Both the position numbers and the translations under genes were made by a program. 64,000 nt of DNA from a virus. Taxonomy: Duplodnaviria > Heunggongvirae > Uroviricota > Caudoviricetes. The stretch is from the IMG/VR virus record IMGVR_UViG_2795385714_000007; one strand, given 5' to 3'. Below, piece by piece: positions 1 through 10,500 of the stretch; within the stretch, counting starts at the first letter, position 1; the number at the start of each line of letters is the position of its first letter. Below the pieces are notes generated by a model. That model was not told the origin of the DNA, made no database searches, and was given only the letters and a program-made list of their open reading frames with translations.

Positions 1-27
1 CGGTTGCGGGTTGGTGGTCCAACTCAT

Positions 28-189
28 CTACGGACCGGCGAATCCTATGCAGGAGACCATTTGACCGTCTGCGTCGTTGGTGCCGGTGATCTGAATCCAG
101 GACGGGTTGAGCTTCCCGTCTGGGTCCAGGCCGCCGCGCTCGGCGGTGAAGGTGATGCCGGGTAGTTCGGGCATGGTGAATGTGGTCAT
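28..189 (-). CDS. small hypothetical protein downstream of minor tail genes
   Basis: Inner ATG (MTTFTMPELPG...) of ORF 28..348; follows tail module; no recognisable domain. Confidence 0.3.
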   Translation of the reverse strand: MTTFTMPELPGITFTAERGGLDPDGKLNPSWIQITGTNDADGQMVSCIGFAGP

Positions 190-211
190 CGCTGATGCCT
201 CTTTCGGGTGG

Positions 212-2728
212 TTATGCGATACGGCGGCCATCGAATGTGGCGATGCCGGATAGGGCTGTGATGCTTCGTGACACAACGGTTTCTGAGCCGGTTGAGCCGT
301 TGGACCGTATGTCGTAGTCGACCGCGATAAATCCCGGCTGCACGACATCTCCCGCCACGAGCGGGATCTCGAAAGGGCAACCTGAGGGAATGGCCCCGGT
401 GATGCGGGTGCCGTTCTTGTACACGACCCAATAGGGCACGGACGTGCCCTTGGCGGTGACCGATCGGTACGTTGTGCTGATGCGGTACAAGCCGGTGGTG
501 GCGATCTCGATACGTGCCGTGCCTAAGTCGTCGAGCGTGACGTCTGTGGTGTAGTCGTTGAATGTGAAGAACCCCGACGGGAACGCGCCGGAAGAATAGG
601 GGCCATAGGTGACGTCGGCGGTGCTGTCGCGTCTGATGCTCCATGAGTTTGACATCGAGAATCCCGCTCCCGCTGAGGTGTAGTCGGACATCGCGAACGC
701 GGCGATGCGGTAGGAGTCGTAGGTGAAAAACGGGCTTGCCCGCTGCACGCTGAACATCGAATACCGGTATGCGGCACCGATGTTGATGGTGTTGCCCGCG
801 TCGGTGGCGGAGAGGATTTGGCGGCCGTTGACGCGCACGAAGTAGTTGGTGCCTGAGCAGCGGATCTCGATGCGCGCGCCCTGCTTGACCGCTGAGAGTC
901 CGGTTTGCAGTGTCAGCGGCGTGTTGAATGACCAGCTGCTACCTGAGCGGGTGAACTTGCCGATACGGATCTCGCCCTCTTTGGCGAGGCAATAGGCGCC
1001 CTGTGTGCGGCCCGAGTCGCATCGGATGTAGACGCCCGAGTAGTAGTTGCCGTTCTGGGTGTCGCCCAGCACAAATGAGGCTGATTGGCCGTCGGTGGCG
1101 TAGGTGTAGTTGGGGCTGGCGAAGAAGTACCCGTCAGGGTTGCCGTTCTTGACCCCCGCATAACCGGAGTCCCCGCGGATGGTGATGTCGCCAGCGGTCG
1201 GGCCGGTGGTCCAATCAGTCGAATTCAGGGCGGAGCCGTCAGCGCCGGAGAACACGAAGCTGTAGCTGTTGCCGCCACCGGTGTTCTGCTCGGTCTCCTG
1301 TTCCTGCAACGTGGTCTGGGCCGCGATAGCGCTTTTGAGGGCGTCCTGCGACAGGCCGAGCAGGGACAGCAGGGAGTCCTTGGCCTGGTTGATCTGATCG
1401 GCGATGGTTCCCGTTGTGCCGGTGGTTGTTCCGTCGGCACCCGTCTTGACCCCGGTAAGCATGTTGCCGAGGTTGCTGACCAGATCGTTGACCCGGCTCA
1501 TGTCGAAATTGCCGACGACGTCGCCTGCGTTCAGTGTTCCGCCGCTGGTGAGCTTCTGAGTCTTGTTGTTACTCAGCCCGAACCAGTCCTTGACGGCCTG
1601 GATGGTCGAGTTGATGGGTGTGACGACAAGCCCGGCGAAGATGTCCCGTATCTGGTTCAGCTGGGCGTTGAGGTCGGGTAGGTCCGCGACCTTGGTCTGC
1701 GGGAGGAGTGGAATGTTGCCCAGGCCGAGCAAGCCCAGGATCTCTGCGGCGTCGATCTTGCCGTCGGCGGTGATGGCCGTGAGGCGGTTTTGGACGTCTC
1801 CGATTTCGGCGTTGACCTGTCCGGCGACGGTGTCGAAGAACTCCTTGAAGCGGTCCAGTCCGACCTTGTGTGCCAGCTCCTCTAGGGCGTTGCCTATGTC
1901 GGTGCCGAACTGCTCTAGCTGGGTGACGAGGTCCTGCACGTAATCCTGCGGGAGCTTCCCGGTCTTCCAGGTATCGGCGTCGTCGAACCACACGGTGCCC
2001 GCGGTGACGTCACCTGTAACCAGCAGCGTGGTGCGGACCTCGTCGACTCCGGTGTCGGGCACGGTGTAGGTCCCGTGTAGTTCCACCCATCCGCTGCTGT
2101 CGGCGGCCGACGGCTGGTGTTGTGCAACGATTGTGGATGCGACAGGGTTACCGGCGAGGTATGAGGTGATGACCAGCCGGATGGGGTTGGTGCCAGCAGC
2201 TGCCGCGAGTCCCTGCCAGCGGGTGAACGCCTCCAGCTCCAGGTGCTGCTTCTTGGCCACCGGTATGGCGTTGGAGTGCAGGTACTTTGCGGTGCCCGAC
2301 ATGATCGCCTTGACCGATCCCAATGGGCTGGTGCGGCCAACGGTGCCGTCCCACAGCCAGTCTGGGTTGTCCACAACCGCGGCGTCGGTGTCGAAGCCGC
2401 CGTTGAGAAGCAGATTCGGGAACCATTCGCCGATCTGCGACAGGGGGATAAGCGGCAGCAGTCCGGGCTTGATCCATGACAGGACGTTGGCGATGCCCTT
2501 TTTCAGCTCGTCCAGCCACTCGATGATTTCGGGGATGGGGTTGGTGGCGATTCCCAGCAGCGAGTCGATGAGCCGCTGGAGTTCCTTCTGGATCATCACC
2601 GGGAGCTGCTTGAGGACGTCGCCGAGGTTGGTGATCGTCTTCTTGAGGGCCGGGTCCTGGGCGAGTTGGTTGGTCGGGTCGTATTCCGTCTTGAAGTTCT
2701 GCGGGACCAGATCGACTGACCGAGGCAT
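212..2728 (-). CDS. minor tail protein (839 aa, possible receptor-binding/fibre protein)
   Basis: Start MPRSVDLVPQNFKTEYD at ATG overlapping upstream stop (TAATG); Gly/Thr/Ser-rich with beta-rich C-terminus; last large gene of tail module. Confidence 0.75.
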   Translation of the reverse strand: MPRSVDLVPQNFKTEYDPTNQLAQDPALKKTITNLGDVLKQLPVMIQKELQRLIDSLLGIATNPIPEIIEWLDELKKGIANVLSWIKPGLLPLIPLSQIGEWFPNLLLNGGFDTDAAVVDNPDWLWDGTVGRTSPLGSVKAIMSGTAKYLHSNAIPVAKKQHLELEAFTRWQGLAAAAGTNPIRLVITSYLAGNPVASTIVAQHQPSAADSSGWVELHGTYTVPDTGVDEVRTTLLVTGDVTAGTVWFDDADTWKTGKLPQDYVQDLVTQLEQFGTDIGNALEELAHKVGLDRFKEFFDTVAGQVNAEIGDVQNRLTAITADGKIDAAEILGLLGLGNIPLLPQTKVADLPDLNAQLNQIRDIFAGLVVTPINSTIQAVKDWFGLSNNKTQKLTSGGTLNAGDVVGNFDMSRVNDLVSNLGNMLTGVKTGADGTTTGTTGTIADQINQAKDSLLSLLGLSQDALKSAIAAQTTLQEQETEQNTGGGNSYSFVFSGADGSALNSTDWTTGPTAGDITIRGDSGYAGVKNGNPDGYFFASPNYTYATDGQSASFVLGDTQNGNYYSGVYIRCDSGRTQGAYCLAKEGEIRIGKFTRSGSSWSFNTPLTLQTGLSAVKQGARIEIRCSGTNYFVRVNGRQILSATDAGNTINIGAAYRYSMFSVQRASPFFTYDSYRIAAFAMSDYTSAGAGFSMSNSWSIRRDSTADVTYGPYSSGAFPSGFFTFNDYTTDVTLDDLGTARIEIATTGLYRISTTYRSVTAKGTSVPYWVVYKNGTRITGAIPSGCPFEIPLVAGDVVQPGFIAVDYDIRSNGSTGSETVVSRSITALSGIATFDGRRIA

Positions 2729-4131
2729 TAGACCGGCATGACCTCGACGTACAGCTGGGCGTTGGCCTTGTCGAACAGGTAGGCACCGGCCAGGCCGTCG
2801 TTGTAGAGGTTGACGTAGACGGTGCCCTGGTTGCCGGTGTGGTTGGCGGGCACCAGGGCGTAGGTGTTGTCCGGCGTGATGGCCATGGTGGGGTCCGACG
2901 GCGTCGACGCGTGCGGAGACATGTGTGCCCACTGGGAGGTGTTACCGAAGCCGCGGGCGATGAGTTGGCCGGAGGTGGGGTGTCCCAGCCGCACCTCGCA
3001 GCCGATGATGAGCGGGTCCTGGTCTAGCTCCACACCGGTCGCCTTGATCTTCCCGAAGACAATCGGCTTCCACGGGAATGGTTGCGCGGGAATGGCAAAC
3101 GACCCGATGGGTGCACGGGTGGAGAAGCCCTGGAAGTTGGTGAAGGCAGCTTCGGGCACCGTGAACGGCCTGGGCAGGATCGACCCGATGGACATGGGCC
3201 GCCACTTGCCGGACGCCCCGATGTTCTCGTCGAAGCCCAGAACCTGGAGGTGTTGTGGCGGGGTGGACATATCGACGTCCGGGGCCTGCCCGAGGCTGGC
3301 GGCGGGACCTTGCGGGCCGCGCGGGACCTTCAAGTACAGGCGGCACGACGGCGCGTATGGGGAGCCGGTCTGGTGGACGTAGGAGTCTTGGGCGCCCTCC
3401 GGCGGGAGAAGCTCAACGCTCCAGCTGATCTGGGGCACCGGCCCTGGGGGGCCTTCCGATCCCATCATGAGGATTCGGTATTCGGTGCCGAACCAGATGT
3501 AGGCGCGAGACCCGATGAGGTTGGTGACGCCCTCCTGTTCGGTGGTCACCACCACTGAGGGGCTGGTGCCACCGGTGGGCGTGCCGGTCATCTGTGGCTG
3601 CCCGATACCGGCCTTGGAACCGGCGAAGGTCACCGTGTAGGGGCCGCCGGGGTTGCCGACGACCTCGACGTCGCCGGTGGACACGTTGGGTAGGGCAACG
3701 AGCGCGTCCTCGAATGCCTGGGCGGTGGCGTTACCGGCAATGGATGCGGTCGGCTGGCCGTCGTACGCGATGGTGAAGGAGGTGGGGGCGCCGTTCAGTG
3801 TCACCGTCTGGACCTCGTTGACGGTGGCGTAGTGGTTCATGATCCAGTACTTGCCGATGTCCTCCTCGATGTCCTGGAGGTTGGTCGGCAGGTCCTCGGG
3901 GTCGTCGATCATCGACTTCTGGAGGCGCAGCGCGAAGGCGTTGGTACCGGCCGGACCCTGTGGCCCCATGAGCGCTGGCACTACCAAAGTTGCCTGGTCG
4001 CCTTGGATTTCCATGGTGACCGCGTACTGATCCGGTGTCGCCCCATCGGACACCACGGCGTAGATGTGGGTGTTCGTCAGCAGGGACTTGAGGTACACCA
4101 TCAGGCCGATGGGTGGTACCGGTGAAGTCAT
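2728..4131 (-). CDS. minor tail protein (467 aa) with collagen-like G-x-x stretches
   Basis: GPQGPAG and PPGPVP motifs; position in tail-gene run; stop overlaps next start. Confidence 0.7.
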   Translation of the reverse strand: MTSPVPPIGLMVYLKSLLTNTHIYAVVSDGATPDQYAVTMEIQGDQATLVVPALMGPQGPAGTNAFALRLQKSMIDDPEDLPTNLQDIEEDIGKYWIMNHYATVNEVQTVTLNGAPTSFTIAYDGQPTASIAGNATAQAFEDALVALPNVSTGDVEVVGNPGGPYTVTFAGSKAGIGQPQMTGTPTGGTSPSVVVTTEQEGVTNLIGSRAYIWFGTEYRILMMGSEGPPGPVPQISWSVELLPPEGAQDSYVHQTGSPYAPSCRLYLKVPRGPQGPAASLGQAPDVDMSTPPQHLQVLGFDENIGASGKWRPMSIGSILPRPFTVPEAAFTNFQGFSTRAPIGSFAIPAQPFPWKPIVFGKIKATGVELDQDPLIIGCEVRLGHPTSGQLIARGFGNTSQWAHMSPHASTPSDPTMAITPDNTYALVPANHTGNQGTVYVNLYNDGLAGAYLFDKANAQLYVEVMPV

Positions 4132-4743
4132 CTAGTCCTCCTTGGGACGGGGTGCGTCGGTGTAGCGGACCTCTGGTTTCGTGTGCCACTCGGCGGTCAA
4201 GACCGGCCCCTCGCCGTCGCGGCGTGCCGCGAGGCCGCGGACGTCGGGTGGGCGGAGTCGGTCGTCGCTGTAATCGCCTGGCTGTAGGTCTCGTTCGGCG
4301 TCGTCGGGGGCGTTGACGTCCACCCATGTGCACGCGTTCTCGTAGATGCCTGGGCCGTGCATGCGCCGCTTCTTGATGTGGGCGGCGGCGGTGCGGCGGA
4401 ATCCGTACAGCACTGCGGTCCAGGCGATTGCGAGGATGGTGGCGGACATGTGGTTGAGGTCGTGGACGCGCCCGTTCTGGTCGACTGGGTACTCCATGAC
4501 CTCCAGCAGCTCCAGGTATGCGCGCTGTATCTCACGCATTTCTGCGACCTTCGCCGCCTGCTCGATGTCCAGTCCGGCGTTGAGTCCGACCTGCATATCT
4601 GGTGTGAGGTCGCCATTTTCGGCGTCGTCAGCTGCCGCGCAGACGGCAAGGTCGCGGGGCGAAAGCGTCGCAGTGTCGGCCGCCGTTGGGGGCGCCTGGT
4701 CTGCCGGTACGCGGTGTGCCTTGCCTGGCCGGTCGGCGGCCAT
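4132..4743 (-). CDS. tail-associated hypothetical protein
   Basis: Start MAADRPGK at ATGA overlap with upstream gene; within tail module. Confidence 0.55.
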   Translation of the reverse strand: MAADRPGKAHRVPADQAPPTAADTATLSPRDLAVCAAADDAENGDLTPDMQVGLNAGLDIEQAAKVAEMREIQRAYLELLEVMEYPVDQNGRVHDLNHMSATILAIAWTAVLYGFRRTAAAHIKKRRMHGPGIYENACTWVDVNAPDDAERDLQPGDYSDDRLRPPDVRGLAARRDGEGPVLTAEWHTKPEVRYTDAPRPKED

Positions 4744-6578
4744 CAGAAGATGGTCCCTTCGCCGAGGAATTGGGACAGCGTTGTCCAAACGGCCTGCAAT
4801 GCACGAAGACCCCGCGCTGCGGGGTCTTCCTTGTCGCTGTCATCGCCGATAGCCAGTTGCACTGTGACTGGCTCACTTCGGGACCATGTCCGCTTTATCG
4901 CGGTGATCTGGTCGACGAAGATGATGCCGCCCTGCTCGAACCCGGCCCGGTCGCCCAGGCCGATATCGATGTCTATGGCGTGTGGTCGGCCGTTGACGAC
5001 CTTGACCGTAAAGCCCTGCCAGGCACGGGTTTTGTAGTGGCCGACGCGCATGGTGACGACACCGGACAGGGTGTAGGCGGTGCCGCCGCCCTTCTCGAAA
5101 TGCTCCTGCCAGGCCATGTCGCCGGTCCAGAGCGCGCGGCGCGGATCAGTGAAGCGCATCCACGCCAGCAAAGTGTTGTCCAGCTGGCCTTGGTAGAGGT
5201 TGTCCAGACCTTCAGTGCCCGGCTGCTGGTAGGCACCTATTGCATAGTTGATTACCTGCGCCAGCTGCGACAGCGCGTACCTAATAGCAAATGTCTGGGC
5301 TTGGTTGACAATCTGCGGGCTGCGGGAGCCCGTCATCACCGTCTTGACTGGACCCTTGTGTTGTCGGCGTTCCGATTCGATGATTCCGCTGAATTGGCCG
5401 TCGTACCAGATGGTTTTAGGCTTCTTGGGCGCGACGCCGAGCAGCTTTCGGAACACCGGATCGGTCTCGCCGTCACCGTCCTCATCGAGGTTGATGAGGG
5501 TTTCGGTGATCATGTCGTCCAACGTGGCGCCGATGAGGTTGATGACGCCGTCGGCCGCTGTTCCGGTTGGGCCGGTCACGCCCGACTTGTCTTCGATGGC
5601 GAAGACGATGCAGTTGCGGTGCGGCCTGGTGGCGTCGTTGACCGCGTCCTCAGCGACGGTGCCGCGCACCAGGTCTACGAGTTCGGTATGCGGAGAGTCC
5701 TTGTCTTCCTTGAGCCAGGTGTAGGCACGGAAGTCGCAGCCAGCGTCCTTCAACATGTCGTTCATCGCCGAGTGCCAGTCGGTCCATGCCGCGCCGATGA
5801 CGGAGAGGCGGGACTGATCGAGGATGGGGTTGACGAATGCGACTTGCAGTGGCCAGGACAGCGGGTCGAGTCCGCTGATGCCGCCGTTGAGCCAGCCGAA
5901 CGGGTTGAAGACGTTGGTCGGGATGGACAGGAGCGGGAAGAACAGGCGCGCCAGGTTGATGAACATGGACGCGGACAAGATGGTGCGTGTATTGCCTGGT
6001 AGCACCCACATTTTCGGCAGCTGAACCTCGGGAGGAAACACGGGGTTAGCGGCAAAGAGCAGGTTCTTTGCGTGCTGCCGGTTACTGATCGCCTCCAGTT
6101 CCAGCGTGTGGACGCCGGACGAGTCGCGCTTGGCGTTGATGCCGGTGACCTTCCCGCCCCACCGGGTCCGCCAGGTTGGCTGTGTGGGGATGGGGTCGAC
6201 GACGAGGTGCAGGTCCTCGTGGATCTTCGTCTGTTGGAGGATGAAGTCGGTGAGCCAGTTGTCGTACCGCAGTACGACATTCGCCTGACCGGAGTCCGAG
6301 TTCATCTCTTCGACCGACGCCAGCCGCTCGCCCGCGATCTGGGCGATGGGGTCCATGTTCTTGTCGAAGAGGCGCAGCATGGGGCGCTGGCGTGCCGCAC
6401 CTTCAATTGCGTCACGTCGGCCGCGCAGGTACTTGTAGGCCGACATGGGGTCTGTGGCCGGGTCCGGCTTGGTCGGCCGGTTCATCGTGTCTACGAGGGC
6501 GTCGTTGAGCCAGCGCGTGAACTCCAGTGGCGCTGTGGTCAATCCGTGCTGTACGCCATCTAGGAGTGCGCTAGTCAC
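4743..6578 (-). CDS. minor tail protein (611 aa, Tal-like)
   Basis: Large ORF second after tape measure; typical siphovirus synteny. Confidence 0.75.
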   Translation of the reverse strand: MTSALLDGVQHGLTTAPLEFTRWLNDALVDTMNRPTKPDPATDPMSAYKYLRGRRDAIEGAARQRPMLRLFDKNMDPIAQIAGERLASVEEMNSDSGQANVVLRYDNWLTDFILQQTKIHEDLHLVVDPIPTQPTWRTRWGGKVTGINAKRDSSGVHTLELEAISNRQHAKNLLFAANPVFPPEVQLPKMWVLPGNTRTILSASMFINLARLFFPLLSIPTNVFNPFGWLNGGISGLDPLSWPLQVAFVNPILDQSRLSVIGAAWTDWHSAMNDMLKDAGCDFRAYTWLKEDKDSPHTELVDLVRGTVAEDAVNDATRPHRNCIVFAIEDKSGVTGPTGTAADGVINLIGATLDDMITETLINLDEDGDGETDPVFRKLLGVAPKKPKTIWYDGQFSGIIESERRQHKGPVKTVMTGSRSPQIVNQAQTFAIRYALSQLAQVINYAIGAYQQPGTEGLDNLYQGQLDNTLLAWMRFTDPRRALWTGDMAWQEHFEKGGGTAYTLSGVVTMRVGHYKTRAWQGFTVKVVNGRPHAIDIDIGLGDRAGFEQGGIIFVDQITAIKRTWSRSEPVTVQLAIGDDSDKEDPAARGLRALQAVWTTLSQFLGEGTIF

Positions 6579-7592
6579 CTACCGAGACCTCTTATAGCGT
6601 TGCGGCAGTATCGCGGTGATCTTGGCATTGGGGTTGCTGTGCTTGACCCGGATCTGCGCGACGTGCCTGGATGGGACTGATGCTTGGAACCGCTTGTCGA
6701 ATCGCTTCCACACCGGCTCACCGGTGGCTGCCAGGTCGTGCAGTAGGAAGTCCAATATCTTTGAGCGCCTGGCGATCTGGTAGAAGATGTTGTCGACCGG
6801 GTCGTTGGATGCGGTGAGTGTCCGCTCCTTGGGGTCGGTGTCGACGAGGACGTATCCGTCGGATGGGGCGATCAGGGGTAGCTCGACCATGCGTCCGCTG
6901 TCGCCGTCCTCAACCCAGCACCGCCCGGGCGGGACTATGAATTGGGTGTAGGACTCCAGGTCGCCACGGTTGGGCAAGACGATGATGCCTTCGCCGTCGC
7001 CACCGAATTGTGCTGCGGTGGCGGGGTTGTTCTGCCACGTCGCCCAGATGGACGGCTTGCTGTAGTACGGCTTCTGGGCCAGCCACTTCATCGGCCACTT
7101 GGCGAAGTTGTTGCCGAAGGCTACGGGGTCGCGCTTCTGGCTGCCGCCTACGGTCTGGGCGGGCCGGACCCTGATCCATCGCCAGCCGGAGAAGCGGGTG
7201 TAGATGCCGAGCCATCCGTCACGGTTCTCGTCTTGGCCTCGGAACCAGCGGTCCTCAGCCATCCGGTACTGGAAGTTGTTGAACGGCACTCCCTTACCAC
7301 CGATAGAGACGGTGAAGTTGATTTCTCGTTTGAGGATGTTGGCGCGTTCGACGGTTGCCCCAAGCTCATAGGCGCCCTCGGTTAGCAGCAGCTCGAAAGG
7401 CCAGTGGTGCTCGCCCTCAATGTCTTCGGACAGCTGCACGCCCTGACGTCCGGCGTTGACGCCGCCGTACATGTCGGTGAAGTCGCCATCGGGCGAGATG
7501 TGGACTATCCGGGTGTCGAGCCCCTGGAGGGCCTTCGGCAGCTTGTCCCATTGGTCGTAGGCGGGGATCTCGGACTGCCGGATGAACCTCAC
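6579..7592 (-). CDS. minor tail protein (distal tail protein-like, 337 aa)
   Basis: First gene downstream of tape measure; start overlaps TMP stop. Confidence 0.7.
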   Translation of the reverse strand: MRFIRQSEIPAYDQWDKLPKALQGLDTRIVHISPDGDFTDMYGGVNAGRQGVQLSEDIEGEHHWPFELLLTEGAYELGATVERANILKREINFTVSIGGKGVPFNNFQYRMAEDRWFRGQDENRDGWLGIYTRFSGWRWIRVRPAQTVGGSQKRDPVAFGNNFAKWPMKWLAQKPYYSKPSIWATWQNNPATAAQFGGDGEGIIVLPNRGDLESYTQFIVPPGRCWVEDGDSGRMVELPLIAPSDGYVLVDTDPKERTLTASNDPVDNIFYQIARRSKILDFLLHDLAATGEPVWKRFDKRFQASVPSRHVAQIRVKHSNPNAKITAILPQRYKRSR

Positions 7593-10500
7593 GGCTTAGG
7601 CAGTCCCGTCATCCGGGTGTTCATCCGGTCGGGCGGCTTCACCAGGCCTCCTGGGTCGTTGATGGTGACGGGGCCGTAGAACGCGGCGCCGGTGGCGCTG
7701 CTGTTGTTGCTGTTCTGGTTGGTCGTGTAGTTGTTCCCGCCGGGGTTCTGGCTGTTGGGCAGGAAGTCGCCGACCTGAGGGAGCGCCGCCTGGAGTGCGT
7801 CACCGACTACGCCCATGCCGCCGTCGCCGAAGTCGAACTCTCCAAGGCCCCCGTTGCCGGGTCCGGGGGCGCCGCCCGGGCCATGGCGGTTGTTGCGCAT
7901 GGCCTGGGTACCCAAGGGGTTCTGCTGCTGTTGCTGCGGGCCGCCGAATGCGTTCTTGAGCATTCCGCCGATGGCGTTGGCGCCTCCGGTGAACAGCTTG
8001 AAGATTCCCCACTCCATGGGGTTGGAGAAGACGGAGCCGTCCAGGCCGAGCATCTCCATGGCGCCGGACATCATGTCCTTGGCGAAGCTCTTGCCGTCGG
8101 GGCCGCTGCCCGGTTGCTGGCCGTTGCGTCCACCGCGGCCCCGGGCGTCGGCGTCGTTGACCTGTTCCTGCTTGGTGGACAGGTCGTCCAGCGCGTCCTT
8201 GTGCTCGCGCTGCGCCCGGGATAGCCGTTCCTCGGCGGCTGCCTGCTCGGACGGCTTGACGTTCTTCTTGCCCTGGAGTTCGTCGAGCTTCCGTTGTGCC
8301 TGTTCGATGTCGAACTGCTTGTCCTGGACCTTCTGCTCTGCGTCACGCAGTTGACGTCGCTGGGCCGGGGATGCACCTCCCCCGCCGCTTCCTCCACCGC
8401 CGTAGCCGCCTGCCCCGCCCCCACCGCTGCCGGAGCCGTACATGCTGTAGCCGCCGCCCGCTGCGCCGCTGGGCCAGCCGTCGGGGTACATGGCGTTCAT
8501 GGGGATGTACGCCTGGTTGGTGAATTGGGGGTCGTCGGCGCCTGCGGCGCCCGCGCCGACGGTGAACTTGCCTACGCTGCCGCCGGATTCAGCGTTGCGG
8601 CCATCGGGCAGCGTGACGGCCATGTGGCCGCCGCCGGGGCCGCCGTTCTTCCATCCGACGCGCAGGGTGCCTGCTGGTCCGCGGCCCATGATGGCGCCTC
8701 GGGCGGCGAGCCAATCGGCTGCGTTACCGGTGGCCATCCGCTCGCCGTACAGGGGCTGCCCGACGGCGGCGTTGACGAGGACGGATGCGGCCCCGGAACA
8801 GTCGGTACCGGATGGGCCGTGGCCGCCGCGGACGTAGGGCGCACCCGCCATGTCGTTGGCTGCGTCCTCTATCGAGATGGGACCTCCGCCCGCGTATCCG
8901 GGTATACCGGTGAGGATTCGCAGGAAGTTGGCGGACGGTACCCAGCCGCGGTTCATGGCGTTGATGAGCGGCATGTTGTCGCGTGTGGACTGCGCAGTGT
9001 TGATCGACTCTCGGTTGGATACCTTGATGAATCCACCTGCGCCACCGTCTATTACACGGGCGAGGATGGAGTCACTGGTGCCCGTCCCGGGGCCACTGAT
9101 GACGCCGCGGCCGTCGACATGTCCACCGGAGGCGCGGCCTGGTACCTGCCCGGCGAGGGTGGCTGCACTGAATACGCCTTGCAATCCGGGCGGCAAGATC
9201 GCACCGAGCGAGTTGGCCAGTTTGAGATCTATAGGAAGGGTGGCGGTCGTGTTGTTGACCTTGTACACCAGGTCGTTGAAACGCTTCTGCGCCTCATCGG
9301 TTGCCGCGGTGACCTTTACGATTCCGCCGGGCAGCTGCGTGACGGTGTACCCAAGTTCTTCGAGCTTCTTCTTCGTCTCGTCGTACTTCGCCGGGTCGAC
9401 CTTGAGGTCTATCGACTTGTTGTTGGGCACCGACACGATGGCCGCGCCCAGGTCCTTGAACCGGGCGGCGCCTTCCTCGGTCGGTTTCCACAGCCCGTAC
9501 TGGGCTTGTGCCATGTCCCGCAACGACTGTGCACCCTTGTCCGTCTCACGCCGCTGCTCGTTGACGTTCTGAGTCAGCGTGATAAGCGACTCATTCGCGT
9601 CGGGCATTGCGTCGATAATCTGTTGCAGTCCAACGAGGTTCTGGTCGCCGGGGTTGGCCGTGCGGTATTTTGCGATCTTCTCGTTGACGGTGTCCCAGCC
9701 GTTGCCCTCCTTGAGGAGTGCGTTGTACAGCTCGTCGGATGACACCCCCATGGCCTGGTACTGCTGCTGGATGACCTTCCAGTCCAGCTTCGTGCCGCCT
9801 GATCCGGTGATGGAGACCTTGTCCAGGCCCTCCCGGACGCCCTTGTCTAGCGCCAGCTTTTTGATGATGTCGTACGCCTGCGCGTTGCCTGTTCCAGTTG
9901 CGGCGTCTACCAACATGTTTGGGTCGATTCCTAGGCCCTTGGCGCGCCCGATGTCGGTGGTCTTGTAGGGGTCTTCCTTGCCGAACCGCTCGGCGGCCTT
10001 CCTACGGGTCTCGTCGGTGACGCGACCGGTGTCCTGGTCCAGGGTGGCGCGCAATTCCTCTTCGGCCTGCTTCTGCTCCTGTGCCTTCTGTGCAGCCTTC
10101 TGGTGGGCGTCGGCGATCATGCCCATAGCGATGCCGACACCGGCGGCGGCGATGCCCCACGGGCCGCCGAGCATGGACAAGACCCCGGACCCGGCGAGCT
10201 TCATGCCGGTCATGGCTGCCCCGGCGGTTCCCGCGGTACGGGAGTAGAACAGGGACCGGTCGGCAGCCTGGTTGTAGCTGTCCCGCATCTGCGTGACCCA
10301 TCCGCGTTGCGCGCGTGTCGATTCGCCAGCGGCGCGTGTCGCGTTCTCCATGGCCTGCTGTGCCTGCGTAGCGGGGGTACGCCATCCCGCGAAGGCGGTG
10401 CCCCATGCCTGAGTGGCCTTAGCGGCAACCTGTAGGGCAGGGCCGGTCAACTTGGATTTGAGGTAGAGGGCGGTGAGGACTGCGACGAGGCCGGTGGTGA

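Noticed and set aside
4686-6002. Long plus-strand ORFs (for example 4686..6002, 8294..9742, 15727..17400, 38200..39243, 32698..33492)
   Set aside because: They lie antisense to well-supported minus-strand genes and have Arg/Gly/Val-rich low-complexity translations typical of off-frame ORFs in high-GC DNA, with no RBS or synteny support.
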